Source of the DNA: Vulcanimicrobiota bacterium
Lineage (GTDB): Bacteria > Vulcanimicrobiota > Vulcanimicrobiia > Vulcanimicrobiales > Vulcanimicrobiaceae
Length of the DNA stretch: 64,000 nt
Direction of reading: 5' to 3'
Assembly (NCBI GenBank): GCA_963812155.1
Contig: CAWETW010000002.1
Coordinates: 192,001-256,000, forward strand
In this document: positions 40,876 through 50,760 of the stretch, piece after piece
Layout of the letters: each line of letters starts with the position of its first letter
Numbering within the stretch: position 1 is the first letter of the stretch
Notes under the pieces: model-generated
The model's database searches: none
Told to the model about the DNA's origin: nothing
What the model saw: only the letters and a program-made list of their open reading frames with translations
Position numbers and translations under genes: made by a program

Positions 40876-40876
40876 C

Positions 40877-40898
40877 AAGTCGCCAAGATCCTCGGCGC
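40877..40898 (+). repeat. 22-bp direct repeat, copy 2 (intergenic, 1 nt after a stop codon)
   Basis: Identical to 33556-33577. Confidence 0.85.
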
Positions 40899-41052
40899 TT
40901 ACGCACGATCTCCGGCGGGCGCCCTAACCGATTCCCTTTTCTGAAACTCCATTATCGTTACGAAGCTCTGTCCGCGGCCGCGTCGCCGATCGTGGGTTGA
41001 ACTTCAAGCGCGAAGGCCTGCGGGCTGGGCGCGCGCAAATGTACGGCTCGCC

Positions 41053-42880
41053 GTGGAATTGTTGCGTTTTTCCGATCTCGAATGTCACTATGGGGCACGC
41101 GAAGTATTCTCGAGTCTTAGCGGAGTCTTCAACCACGGCGAACGCATCGGTCTCGTGGGCCCCAACGGCGCGGGGAAGTCGTCGCTCCTGCGTCTTCTCG
41201 CCGGCATCGACAGGCCATTCGGCGGTAGCGTCATACGGGCGAAAGGCTTGACGCTCGGGTATCTCGCACAAGGCGTTGCCGACGAAACCGAGTCGACGCT
41301 GCAAGACCTCGTTGACGCCGCGCTGTCTAGGGCGACGCACGAAGAGTCGGGCGTGCGTAACAAAGCGCTGCGCACCATGCTCTCAGCGTTCGGCTTCGCG
41401 CCAACTGAATACGACCGTCCGCTACGCTCGTTTTCAGGCGGCCAACGGGCGAAAGTCGCGTTAACGCACGTGCTGATCGACGAACCGGACTACCTGATTC
41501 TCGACGAACCGACGAACCATCTCGATGTCGCGACGATCCGCTGGCTCGAATCGTTCGTGTCCAACGATCCGCGCGGTTATATCGTCGTTTCGCACGACCG
41601 CTACTTTCTCGACCGGATATCTACACGCATCTGGGAGATCGAGCGAGGGCGCTTCCACGCCTACTCGCCCGCGCGGCCCGCATACACCGCGTACGTCGCA
41701 GCGAAAGCCGTGCGCCTAGAAGCGGAGCGGCGCGAGTACGAAACGTTCGTTGTCGAACGCGATAAGCGGCGCAGAACGATCGCCGGCCTGCGAGCGACGC
41801 ACACCTCCTCAGATTACAGCCAAGTGCGCAGTCGCGAGAAGCAGCTGGCGCGCGTCGAAGCGATAACCCGAGCCCCGTCTCCGGCGGCTCCCGAACGCCC
41901 GATCTCTGTCCGCCTGCGTCCATCGCGGCGCGCCGGCAGCGGATTCGCCTTCGAAGCCCGGGGCTTGAGCAAAGCGTACGATCAACAACTCTTCAGCCGG
42001 CTAGCAATCGACGTCGAGCGCGGAGAGCGCCTCGGCATCGTCGGTCCAAACGGCTCCGGAAAGTCGACGCTTCTGAAGATACTCACCGCCGCAGTGCAAC
42101 CGGATTCCGGATCGGTCGTCTTCAACCCCGCGGCGCAAGTCGCGTACTTTGCCCAGAATTTCACACGATCAACTCGACGTCCAGGAGAGCGCGCTCGCAG
42201 CCGTATTGGACGGCGCTGCACTGACCCCGCAGGATGCGCGCGGACTGCTCGGCCGCATGCGTATTAGCGGCGATGCCGCCGACAAAGCCGTGCGCGATTT
42301 TTCCGGTGGAGAGCGGCGCCGTATCATGCTGGCACGACTGATGGCGCGCGCGGCCGACATCTTGCTGCTCGACGAGCCGACCAACGATCTCGATATCGAC
42401 AGCCGCGAAGCACTCGAAAGCGTCTTATCCGACTACGAGGGAACGATCGTCGTCGTCTCGCACGATCGCTATCTTCTGTCGCTTCTGTGCGATCGGGTAT
42501 TGTGGCTTGAACGGGGGGCGTGGGGAGTCGTCGACGGCGGTTACGACGTGTACGAGGCGGCCCAGCGAGAGCGCGACAAAGCGGCGATTGAGCGCGCGGT
42601 CGAAGAGTCGACCGAGCGTGCCAAGGCGTCGCGTCAAACGCCATTGCGCGTACGCTCGCAGCTAACGGGGCAGATCAAGCGAGTCGAGCGAGAAATCGAA
42701 GGCCTCGATGCGCGCGTCAGCGAGATCGAGCTTCTTTTCGAGTCACCGGAGATCTACACCGACGCGGCCGGATCTAAGGCATTGAGCCAAGAACTCGCTG
42801 AACTAAAAATGCGCAGTCGGGAGCGCGTGATCCAGTGGGAAGCGTTGCTGCATCAACTCGAAGAATTGACGGCCACGTAA
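41053..42880 (+). CDS. ABC-F family ATPase (Uup/YdiF-like); +1 frameshift at T-run 42159-42161
   Basis: Two ABC domains (GPNGAGKS/FSGGQ/LDEPTNHLD; GPNGSGKS/FSGGE/LDEPTNDLD), no TM, C-terminal coiled coil; deleting one T gives FAQNSHDQLD. Confidence 0.92.
42644..42846 (+). repeat. 203-bp direct repeat, copy 1 (3' end of ABC-F gene)
   Basis: Ungapped match to 46109-46311 with 10 mismatches by manual alignment. Confidence 0.95.
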
Positions 42881-44233
42881 CGACCGAATTAGAGGCGCTC
42901 GTTGAGGCACGCTCGCAATCGCGTCGATCGATTTGCCTGTGAGGCTTTCCAGAGCCGGCCGGGCGAGCGACGATCGGCTCTCCCCGCGTTCGGTAAGCGC
43001 TCGCGGCAATAACTGAAACGGATTCACACCGCCTTCCGACATAATATACCAGGCCGTTGCGCCGACGTGGAGCGATGAAAAATATTTGTCGCCGTCGCAG
43101 TCACTGATGGTTCTTGAGGCGGCGATGATGCCGAGGCCGTCTCCATTCGGTCCATTCGATTGCGCGTACTGGATATCGTTAAGGTATTGCTTCGCTTGGC
43201 TCCGGTCGCCGGATGCGTTCCTTAGCTCGAGCGCATCGGCGAGGTGCGCCGTGCCTTCGAACCATACGCCGGAGCGGTCGCGGCTGCAGAAGCTCACGCC
43301 GCTGAAGCCGCCCTCACTGACCGATAGATTCGCTACGTCCCAGCTCGGCGCAGCGGCCCACGCCGGGTTCGCAAAGGCAAGATAACTCCACGAGTTTACG
43401 TCTTCAGGTTTGAACGTCTTGTTCGGCGTTACACCGTCGTCGCCGGTACCGGCGTAGAAGCGGCTACCACGCTCGTCCCACATCGAGCCTACGAACTGTT
43501 TGGCCCAGGCCGCGTTGGTTGCCCACTCGTTCTGACCTGACTCCGCGGCCAGCATGGCGAAAAACACGTACACGTCGAGGTTATGCTCGGTCGACTTCCA
43601 TTCGATCTTCTTGCCGCGTGCCGTGTAGCCGCCGGTGTATCCGCCGGCGCCGCGTGTATCGTACGTGTTCTTTTGCAGCCAGTGCGCAATCGCAAGCGCC
43701 CCATTGAGGTACTGCTGATCCGAAGTTGCTGCGTAGGCTTGAACGAGCGCCTGTCCGACCCAGGCCATGTTTCCAACGTCGCTCGTATTGTCGCTCACGA
43801 TCACATCGTTCGGGCCTCTCAAGGGGTTAGGCGCGTAGGCCGCACGGAGGCGCCCATCGCCAACCTTGTCGTGGGCCTGAACGTACAGGAATGCTTTGCC
43901 AACCACTTCCGCTCTCGCGGTATCATCGGAAGAACCGCCTGCCAGCATCGCATCGACGAACAGCGCATCGTCATAGGTCACGGCGTCCTTGAAATTTTTC
44001 AGCGGGCCGCCGTCGAAGCTCTGCACGAGCCGCGGCGTCGAGCCCTTTGCGTATTTGTCCATCATCGCCTCCAGAAACGTGTACGCATTGGAAATGCTCG
44101 TCGAAGATTGGTCCGTTGAAAGCGCCATGGCATTTGGTGTTGATGGAACTGCTTTAGGTGCACCCGCTGCGCAGCCTCCGCTCGCAATGAGTCCGACAAC
44201 GGATGCCAGCGCAAAAGAAGCTTTTAACTTCAT
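42803..44233 (-). CDS. Lipoprotein, probable (alpha/alpha)-barrel glycosidase-like fold
   Basis: ASGGC lipobox; YDDAL, GNMAWVG, WKSTEHNLD, VWFEGTAH, HVGATAWY, GVNPF; fold is inferred. Confidence 0.75.
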   Translation of the reverse strand: MKLKASFALASVVGLIASGGCAAGAPKAVPSTPNAMALSTDQSSTSISNAYTFLEAMMDKYAKGSTPRLVQSFDGGPLKNFKDAVTYDDALFVDAMLAGGSSDDTARAEVVGKAFLYVQAHDKVGDGRLRAAYAPNPLRGPNDVIVSDNTSDVGNMAWVGQALVQAYAATSDQQYLNGALAIAHWLQKNTYDTRGAGGYTGGYTARGKKIEWKSTEHNLDVYVFFAMLAAESGQNEWATNAAWAKQFVGSMWDERGSRFYAGTGDDGVTPNKTFKPEDVNSWSYLAFANPAWAAAPSWDVANLSVSEGGFSGVSFCSRDRSGVWFEGTAHLADALELRNASGDRSQAKQYLNDIQYAQSNGPNGDGLGIIAASRTISDCDGDKYFSSLHVGATAWYIMSEGGVNPFQLLPRALTERGESRSSLARPALESLTGKSIDAIASVPQRAPLIRSLRGRQFFELMQQRFPLDHALPTAHF

Positions 44234-44394
44234 CGACCATTCTTACGCGCCTCGCCGCGTTCTCCTAGGATGTCATCATTCGCTCCGCTAGCGCGAGCGG
44301 AAAAAGAAAAATCGGCGAGCCACGACGGACCCGGATCGAGATTCTTTTAACGGCTGCCCGAGAAGCACGCCCTAGCGAGGTAGCCGCATTTTAC

Positions 44395-45393
44395 TCATAG
44401 CAGCCCTGCGATTTCGGAAGACTGGTTCGGCGCGAACTGGTTTGTGGACGCGGGCGGTTGCGCACTTGCCATCACTGCAATGGTCTCCGCGATCGTCTCT
44501 TTGGCAGTGTAATGCACCATGTGCCCGACACCATGGATGATCAGCAGTTTCGATGCAGGAATTTCTTCTGCGAGACGCTTGGATTGGGCCGGACTTACTA
44601 CCTTGTCGTCGGCGCCCGCAACGATAGCGACAGGGACCGCCAACTCTTTGTAGCGATGCTCCATCGACGCAGCCGAAGGAACCATCAGCGCCGTATCTTC
44701 AGCATTGGCCCGAATCTGCCATGGACGGATCGCCATTGCTAGCTCTGGCTTGATGGCCGGGTCGACGTCTGCGGGCGCGAACAGTTGCGCCGAAACTACG
44801 GGCGCCAACGCAGCTCCGAGTGGCGGCAAGACCGTGTAGCGCAGAACGTCACCGATAATCGGCAAAGCCGGAGTCCCGAAGAGCGCCGCATCAACTCGAA
44901 ACGTCGGGAAAAAATATCCTGAAATCAGGAGCAAGCCTTTGTAATGAACCGGATATTCTAGGGCGAGCGCCAGTGCCACGAGCGTTCCCCAAGAATGCCC
45001 GACGATCACCGTTGCGCCAATGTTGAGCCTTTGCAGCGCCTCGTGCAGTAAGGTTGCCTGCGCCGCGGCCGTCCAGACTTGGCCTCGCGGACGAGTGCTG
45101 TAGCCGAAACCGGGGCGATCGAAGGCGATGACGCGATGCGTCCCGACTAGCGCGTGGATCAGGCCGCTGGATTTCCAATCCTGAGCCGTTACGCCGTTGC
45201 CGTGCAGGAGCACGACCGAAGGCCCATCGCCTTCGTCGGTGTAGTGCAAGCGCGCGTCCCCGACGTCCATGAAGCGCCCGCTCGGGGGGTGGCGTCGTTC
45301 AGTTCGGCGAGCGGAGGCGATATTGAGCGCTGCGCCGGCAGCGAGGGCGGCGGCCGTAATTACAGCCGTCCGGATAGTCGTAGAGCGTTTCAA
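44395..45393 (-). CDS. Alpha/beta fold hydrolase
   Basis: LLHGNG, FDRPGFGYS, GHSWG, GADD, GHMVH. Confidence 0.92.
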   Translation of the reverse strand: MKRSTTIRTAVITAAALAAGAALNIASARRTERRHPPSGRFMDVGDARLHYTDEGDGPSVVLLHGNGVTAQDWKSSGLIHALVGTHRVIAFDRPGFGYSTRPRGQVWTAAAQATLLHEALQRLNIGATVIVGHSWGTLVALALALEYPVHYKGLLLISGYFFPTFRVDAALFGTPALPIIGDVLRYTVLPPLGAALAPVVSAQLFAPADVDPAIKPELAMAIRPWQIRANAEDTALMVPSAASMEHRYKELAVPVAIVAGADDKVVSPAQSKRLAEEIPASKLLIIHGVGHMVHYTAKETIAETIAVMASAQPPASTNQFAPNQSSEIAGLL

Positions 45394-45666
45394 TGAGTTC
45401 CGTTCACGGCGCGGGTGTAGCGCCTAGCCCGCAAGCCTTACCCATTTACACCGAACTCTACTAACTCCATCGACATTCCGTTTAGGCACCACACGCTCGA
45501 AACGACGAGCGGCGAGCAAGCGTTGCGACAGTTATGACGGCTGGCAGAGACTATATACGATGCCGCGCTTAATGGAAGATCCGTCGGCATCCAGGGCGAG
45601 CGCGCAACCGTTCCTCCGCGCGGATTCGCGCATGTGCGCTGGATTCGCGATCGGCATGCGTTTGCA

Positions 45667-45867
45667 CTACGATACCTTTTCATCTCCGACTGTCGCTTCT
45701 CGGGCGGCCCGTTTAGCGTCGTCAGTGGTATGCGCGCAGCTGGAGTGACCGCAGCTGCAATGGCCGTAATCATTTGAGGCGCGGCATTTCTTGTCGCAAT
45801 ATTCGTCTTCGGTGCTTACCTGGCACTTGCAGCCGTCACCGCGGCAATTGTATTTTGAACCTTCCAT
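45667..45867 (-). CDS. Bacterial metallothionein-like protein (SmtA/BmtA-type spacing)
   Basis: C-x4-C-x-C-x-V...YC-x3-C...HCxCGHxxC; 8 Cys and 3 His within about 40 aa. Confidence 0.75.
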   Translation of the reverse strand: MEGSKYNCRGDGCKCQVSTEDEYCDKKCRASNDYGHCSCGHSSCAHTTDDAKRAAREATVGDEKVS

Positions 45868-46098
45868 GAGCGGCCTGTACCCACTTTAGCATAGCCAAAA
45901 CCGGGCTGTTAATTGAAGTATGAAGGGCCGCAAACGCGGGAACTGCTAGCACCGTGCCGAGAATCCCGAGCGTCGCGCCACGGATGACTATTGCAATGAA
46001 GATCACCGATGCATAGACGCCCACGCTTTTGGCCACGATGATCGGTGCGAAAACCCGGCCCTGACCTTCAAACACGAGCGTGAAAGAGACCGAGCGCG
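45836..46098 (-). pseudogene. AI-2E family transporter C-terminal remnant
   Basis: FEGQGRVFAPIIVAKSVGV...IAIVI.G..LGILG.VLAVP matches the AI-2E C-terminal pattern; no 5' part, cut at the repeat junction. Confidence 0.7.
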
Positions 46099-46108
46099 TA
46101 AAACGACG

Positions 46109-46333
46109 TTGCGCGTACGCTCGCAGCTAACGGGGCAGATCAAGCGAGTCGAGCGAGAAATCGAAGGCCTCGATGCGCGCGTCGGCGAGATCGAGCTTCT
46201 CTTCGAGTCGCCCGAGATCTATACCGACGCGGCCGGATCTAAGGCACTGAGCCAAGAACTCGCTGAACTGAAAAAGCGCAGTCGGGAGCGCGTCATCCAG
46301 TGGAAAGCGTTTCGGGCGCATTTGCTTGCGTAG
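46109..46333 (+). pseudogene. Orphan duplicate of ABC-F 3' end (203-bp repeat copy 2 = 46109-46311)
   Basis: LRVRSQLTGQIKRVEREIEGLDARV...ERVIQW nearly identical to the ABC-F C-terminus. Confidence 0.92.
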
Positions 46334-46462
46334 CCGGTAGATGCATCGCTTTTCTAGCGTTTGACAAAACCAACAAGAAGGCGCAGCATGGATAAGGATT
46401 GCTAAAGGCGGGCCATTATTGGCCGGCCTGTTGGGCTTTCCAGCCGTTGAAAGGGAGTTATC

Positions 46463-47668
46463 TTGCGCCGTTTACCGTTTGTAGTCGGCTCCGCTTTGGT
46501 CTTCTGCGTTGGCTTGCCGGGATGCTCGCGCGCGACCGGGCCGGCATTACCTAACGTCGCAAGTGCCGGGTTCTCGCAGAAAAGCGATGCTGGGGGCTTT
46601 AGCGTGGTGCACAGCTTCGGCGGAGCCAAGGACGGAAATACGCCGTTTGGGAGTCTCATCTATGTCGATGGAGGTTTCCTAGGCACGACCTCACTGGGCG
46701 GCGCCGCCGCAATGGGAACCGTCTTCAAGACGAGCTCGAAGGGGCAGGAACGCGTTCTGCACAGCTTCGGCGGCGGCAGCACCGACGGCGCGGCCTCCGA
46801 AGCGAGCTTGATCGAAAAAAATGGCGCCCTTTATGGCACAACGTACTCCGGCGGCCCGAACGACGCTGGAGTCGTTTTTCGCATTAGCTCGGCGGGTACG
46901 GAAAAAGTGTTGCACGCCTTCGGAGACGGTCAGGATGGGCGCTATCCAAGAGCAGGCCTTATTTATGTGAATAATATGCTTTACGGCACGACATACGCAG
47001 GCGGCACTTGCGCCACATATGGCGGATGCGGAACGATTTTTGCGATCAATCCCAAGACCGGCGCCGAGCACGTCCTGCACAGTTTCGGGAACGGCACAGA
47101 CGGCGCTTATCCGTATTATTCCGGCTTGGCGTTGGTCAAAAGTACGCTCTATGGCACGACGACTCTTGGCGGCAAGTACGGCTACGGCGCCGTCTTTAGT
47201 GAGACTCTTGGGGGCTCGGAGCGAGTACGTTACAGCTTTAAAGGCGAACCGGACGCGGCAAATCCCTACGCAGGCTTGATAACCGTGAAGGGCACGCTCT
47301 ACGGCACGACGGAATTCGGCGGCAAGATCGGCCACGGTGCCGTCTTTAGCTTGAGCACCGCGGGCGCAGAGCACGTGCTGTACAGCTTTTCAACTAACAA
47401 CCTGCAGTATGACGCGGCTCAGCCCAGCACCAGCTTAATCTATGTGAACGGCACGTTCTACGGAACGGCGGGCTACGGCGGCACGGCCGGCGACGGAGCC
47501 ATTTACAGTGTGAGTTTGCAAGGCAAGGAGCAAGTACTGCACAGCTTCAGCGGTGCCTATCAGGCGTTCCCGTCGAGCTTGCTCGACGCGAACGGCGCGT
47601 TGTTTGGCACAACTCAGTTCGACGGCACCAACAACGACGGGAACGTCTTCCGGCTAGCTATCCCGTAA
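46463..47668 (+). CDS. Tandem-repeat lipoprotein (choice-of-anchor GloVer-like, 7 repeats)
   Basis: GGGAG SD; LPGC lipobox; seven E.VL(H/Y)SF.G..DG..P...LI...G.LYGTT..GG...G.VF units. Confidence 0.88.
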   Translation: MRRLPFVVGSALVFCVGLPGCSRATGPALPNVASAGFSQKSDAGGFSVVHSFGGAKDGNTPFGSLIYVDGGFLGTTSLGGAAAMGTVFKTSSKGQERVLHSFGGGSTDGAASEASLIEKNGALYGTTYSGGPNDAGVVFRISSAGTEKVLHAFGDGQDGRYPRAGLIYVNNMLYGTTYAGGTCATYGGCGTIFAINPKTGAEHVLHSFGNGTDGAYPYYSGLALVKSTLYGTTTLGGKYGYGAVFSETLGGSERVRYSFKGEPDAANPYAGLITVKGTLYGTTEFGGKIGHGAVFSLSTAGAEHVLYSFSTNNLQYDAAQPSTSLIYVNGTFYGTAGYGGTAGDGAIYSVSLQGKEQVLHSFSGAYQAFPSSLLDANGALFGTTQFDGTNNDGNVFRLAIP

Positions 47669-47865
47669 CCACGCCCAGCGGGCCGGGAGACCCGCGCTCA
47701 CTTGACCAAGCGACCGCAAGCCGTTCGCCGGAAATGCTTTGGGGTAGCGCTCAAATCATCAATAAACTAGGCCATTGGTATGGGAAATGGGGCCTGATGG
47801 CCTCAACCGGCTGACCCGCGACGAGCGATATAATCGGAAAAAGCTACGTTGAGGGAGCCCGTTCT

Positions 47866-48906
47866 ATGAAGCATCTGAGAGTTTTATTCCTTGCGTCTGC
47901 GCTGGGCGCATGCAGCACCAATCCGTCAACGTCGGTCATGCCGGGAGGAGCGGCGGCACCGACCGTGCCGGATGCGGCCACCGCGCAGCACGCGCTCGAC
48001 CTTCGTCCCACTTCGTCGGGTCCGTTTCTCGGCTGCCCGTATCCATCGGGAGACGTGTGGCAAACCGACATTTCGTCGTCGGGCCTTGCGACGGACAGTG
48101 CGGCGAACATCAAAGCCACGATCGACGGCCACGGAAACGGACGGTTCAGTGCCGGTGTGGTCGTTGGCGACCAGAAGAATATTACGAACGAGTACGTCAA
48201 TATGGCGAACAACTCCACCCAGCTGGTCGTCGTCCATCCGAAAAAGTCGTATCACACGCCGAAGAGCCCGGAGCCGTGGGTGTTCAGCCCTCCCTATTAC
48301 ATCGAGCCGACGTCGAACGCGCACGCGATGGTGTTGCAGAAAGATGTCTGCCAATATTACGAAACATACAGCACGACGGCAAAGCCCGCCACTCACCAGC
48401 TGTCGGCCTACAGCGGCACGTTTGTGGATTTGACTCAGCCGTTCACGCGACCGGCAACCGGCGGGTGCTCGACGTCATCGTGCATTCCGATCGGCCTCCT
48501 CGCCGTTCGACCTGAGGAGTTAGCCGCCGGTGTAATCAGCCACGCTCTCGGATGGGACGCGATTGCGGGATCCGTCTCGAAGTACACCTGTGTCAGCCCT
48601 GCTGCCGTCACCGGCTGCACGGATAACCGCGGCTACAGGGGACCGCATCGCGAGGCCCCTAAGGCGATGCCCGCCGGCGCGCACATCCGTCTCAAGGCTT
48701 CCTTCGATATTTCGCACTTTCATCCCGAAGCAAAGATCGTAGCCACGGCATTACGGCAGTACGGCGCGTATCTTTTCGCCACAGGGACGAACAATCTGAT
48801 CCCTTTCGTCAACGACGTCAATGGTGCTCCCGCATGGAACGCCGACGACCAGACGGATCTAGGATCGATCTCAATCGGTGACTTCGACGTCGTAACTGCA
48901 CCGTAG
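47866..48906 (+). CDS. Hypothetical lipoprotein
   Basis: GAGGGAG SD; LGAC lipobox; [16 protein letters not shown] and [11 protein letters not shown]...ALRQYG. Confidence 0.8.
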   Translation: MKHLRVLFLASALGACSTNPSTSVMPGGAAAPTVPDAATAQHALDLRPTSSGPFLGCPYPSGDVWQTDISSSGLATDSAANIKATIDGHGNGRFSAGVVVGDQKNITNEYVNMANNSTQLVVVHPKKSYHTPKSPEPWVFSPPYYIEPTSNAHAMVLQKDVCQYYETYSTTAKPATHQLSAYSGTFVDLTQPFTRPATGGCSTSSCIPIGLLAVRPEELAAGVISHALGWDAIAGSVSKYTCVSPAAVTGCTDNRGYRGPHREAPKAMPAGAHIRLKASFDISHFHPEAKIVATALRQYGAYLFATGTNNLIPFVNDVNGAPAWNADDQTDLGSISIGDFDVVTAP

Positions 48907-48919
48907 GGCGCGATTCTCG

Positions 48920-50266
48920 GTGTCACGTTATAAGCTTTGGTTTCTCTGCTGCTTGTGCGCCGCACTCTGCGCCTGCAGCGGCAGCAGCGACTCCTTACCG
49001 CGTTCTTCGGGCCTGGTAGACGCGCGCACGCTACGCCCGCACACGTCGGATGGCGATTACATCAAGCACATTGTTATCGTGGTCCAAGAGAATCGCAGCT
49101 TCGACAATTTATTCGCGACGTATCCGAATGCCGATGGCCAGACGCGCGGTAAAAATAGCACCGGCCAATGGATCCAACTCAGGTCTGAAAAGCTGTATAG
49201 CCGGCTTGAATTGGAGAATAGCCACGCTGCGTTCAAAGTCGACTACGATCAAGGGAAAATGGATGGTTGGAACTTGGTTTACGTAAACTCGGTTCCCTGT
49301 CCCACCTGTGCGTATGCCTACGTGAATCCCGCGCAGATCACACCGTATTGGACGATGGCGCAGCAGTACGTCCTTGCCGACCATATGTTTCCGTCGGAGA
49401 GCAGCGGCAGCTTTTCCGCCCACCAGGATCTGATTCGGGGCGATAGCGTCCTCGACGCCAACGATACCCTCATCGATTTCCCGTCTCACGGCCCATGGGG
49501 CTGCGACGCCCAAGCCGGCACCACGACGCCGCTCTTGAGTGCGCAGGGCCATTACAAGCTCAACGGGCCGTTTCCATGCTTCGACTACGACACGCTGCGG
49601 GATACGCTCGATGCAAAGTCCGTTTCGTGGAAATACTACACGCCGTCGCTCTTTAGCGGTGGCCTCGCAGGCGCGTACTGGGATGCGTTCGATGCAATTC
49701 GCGCCGTACGGGACGGATCGGAATGGACATCGAATATTTCATCTCCAGAGAAGAATATTTTTAACGATATTTCAAAGGGCAAGCTCGCATCCGTTTCGTG
49801 GGTGATCCCCGACGGGCAAAACTCCGATCACCCGAGTTTTGCGAAATCGGATACCGGCCCGTCGTGGGTGGCCCAAGTCGTTAATGCCGTCGGTCAAAGC
49901 CAGTATTGGGATTCTACGGCCGTCGTCATTACATGGGACGATTGGGGCGGATGGTACGATCACGTACGACCGCCGCACCTTGACTACGCCGGCCTCGGAT
50001 TTCGCGTGCCCATGCTCGTCGTCTCGCCCTACGCAAGAACCGGCTATGTCGCGCACACGCAATATGAGTTCGGCAGCATCGTGAAGTTCGTCGAGGATGT
50101 TTATGGCCTAAGCCGCTTGGGAACTAGCGACGAGCGCGCGGCGAGCATGGACGGCGTCTTCGATTTCACGCAAAAACCGCGCTCGTTCGCGCCCATTCCT
50201 GCCAAATACTCGAAGTCGTACTTCGAACGCCAAGCGCCGTCAAACGAACCGGTCGATACGAACTGA
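48920..50266 (+). CDS. Phosphoesterase (AcpA/PLC superfamily) lipoprotein, paralog of 16705-18075
   Basis: LCAC lipobox; [34 protein letters not shown]. Confidence 0.9.
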   Translation: MSRYKLWFLCCLCAALCACSGSSDSLPRSSGLVDARTLRPHTSDGDYIKHIVIVVQENRSFDNLFATYPNADGQTRGKNSTGQWIQLRSEKLYSRLELENSHAAFKVDYDQGKMDGWNLVYVNSVPCPTCAYAYVNPAQITPYWTMAQQYVLADHMFPSESSGSFSAHQDLIRGDSVLDANDTLIDFPSHGPWGCDAQAGTTTPLLSAQGHYKLNGPFPCFDYDTLRDTLDAKSVSWKYYTPSLFSGGLAGAYWDAFDAIRAVRDGSEWTSNISSPEKNIFNDISKGKLASVSWVIPDGQNSDHPSFAKSDTGPSWVAQVVNAVGQSQYWDSTAVVITWDDWGGWYDHVRPPHLDYAGLGFRVPMLVVSPYARTGYVAHTQYEFGSIVKFVEDVYGLSRLGTSDERAASMDGVFDFTQKPRSFAPIPAKYSKSYFERQAPSNEPVDTN

Positions 50267-50278
50267 AGGCGCCTTCAG
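50263..50278. terminator. Perfect 16-bp palindrome spanning convergent stop codons
   Basis: ctgaaggcgccttcag is its own reverse complement. Confidence 0.4.
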
Positions 50279-50418
50279 CCGATGAGATGTGGGAGTGGAT
50301 TCCCGCTATCCCAGTTCTTGAATATCACTCGGCACGTCGTCGACGTTGCCGGCGCGGAGTTGGCGGAGATCGTGACCGGCCTCGTGGGTCCCGGCGAACC
50401 TACGACACGGTGGCGCGG

Positions 50419-50608
50419 TCGTGGATCACGGCGGACCTTTATACGCACGTCCTCGGCGACTTGAAAGCCGAAGCTGCCGACCGGCTCGACATCATCTTCC
50501 GCGATGCCGAGGCGCGGCGTGCTGAGGTCGCCGAACGCGAAGTGTGGGCCAAATGTGGGCCACCCGAAAAGCTGACTGCGAAAAAAGTCAGTAAAATAAC
50601 GCGTTTCG
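50419..50608 (+). pseudogene. Tyrosine integrase C-terminal stub
   Basis: SWITADLYTHVLGDLKAEAADRLD aligns with TITLSTYAHLMPEAQREAVDRL of the neighbouring integrase; followed by TGTGGGCCA x2 and the att core. Confidence 0.8.
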
Positions 50609-50631
50609 TGGTAGCGCCAACGGGAGTCGAA
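50609..50631. repeat. att core: duplicate of tRNA-Glu 3' end
   Basis: tggtagcgccaacgggagtcgaa vs tggtagcgccaacgggaatcgaa at 53257-53279 (22/23). Confidence 0.93.
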
Positions 50632-50643
50632 TCGGTTCGAGCG

Positions 50644-50760
50644 TGGTCAACGCTGGTCACGAATGGCCAAAACCCCGCATGAAATAAGGGGTTACGCCGG
50701 GCTGGATGGTCACGCGTGGGCACTCGTGGTTGCCATTGACGGCAACCGTTTGGCAACCGC
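50644..50760. promoter_or_regulatory. att arm region: phased TGG(T/C)CA repeats and integrase arm-type sites
   Basis: tggtca/tggtca/tggcca at 10-bp spacing; aacccc..ggggtt inverted repeat; inverted ggttgcca at 50728; GGCAACCG at 50741 and 50752. Confidence 0.7.

Noticed and set aside
40921..40934. gccctaaccgattc, resembling the 21687 att variant
   Set aside because: Short, gapped and lacking the ggta end; insufficient
47743..47754. ggtagcgctcaa, possible fourth att core between two lipoprotein genes
   Set aside because: Only 8 contiguous matches (11 with a gap) and no arm repeat; cannot be separated from chance
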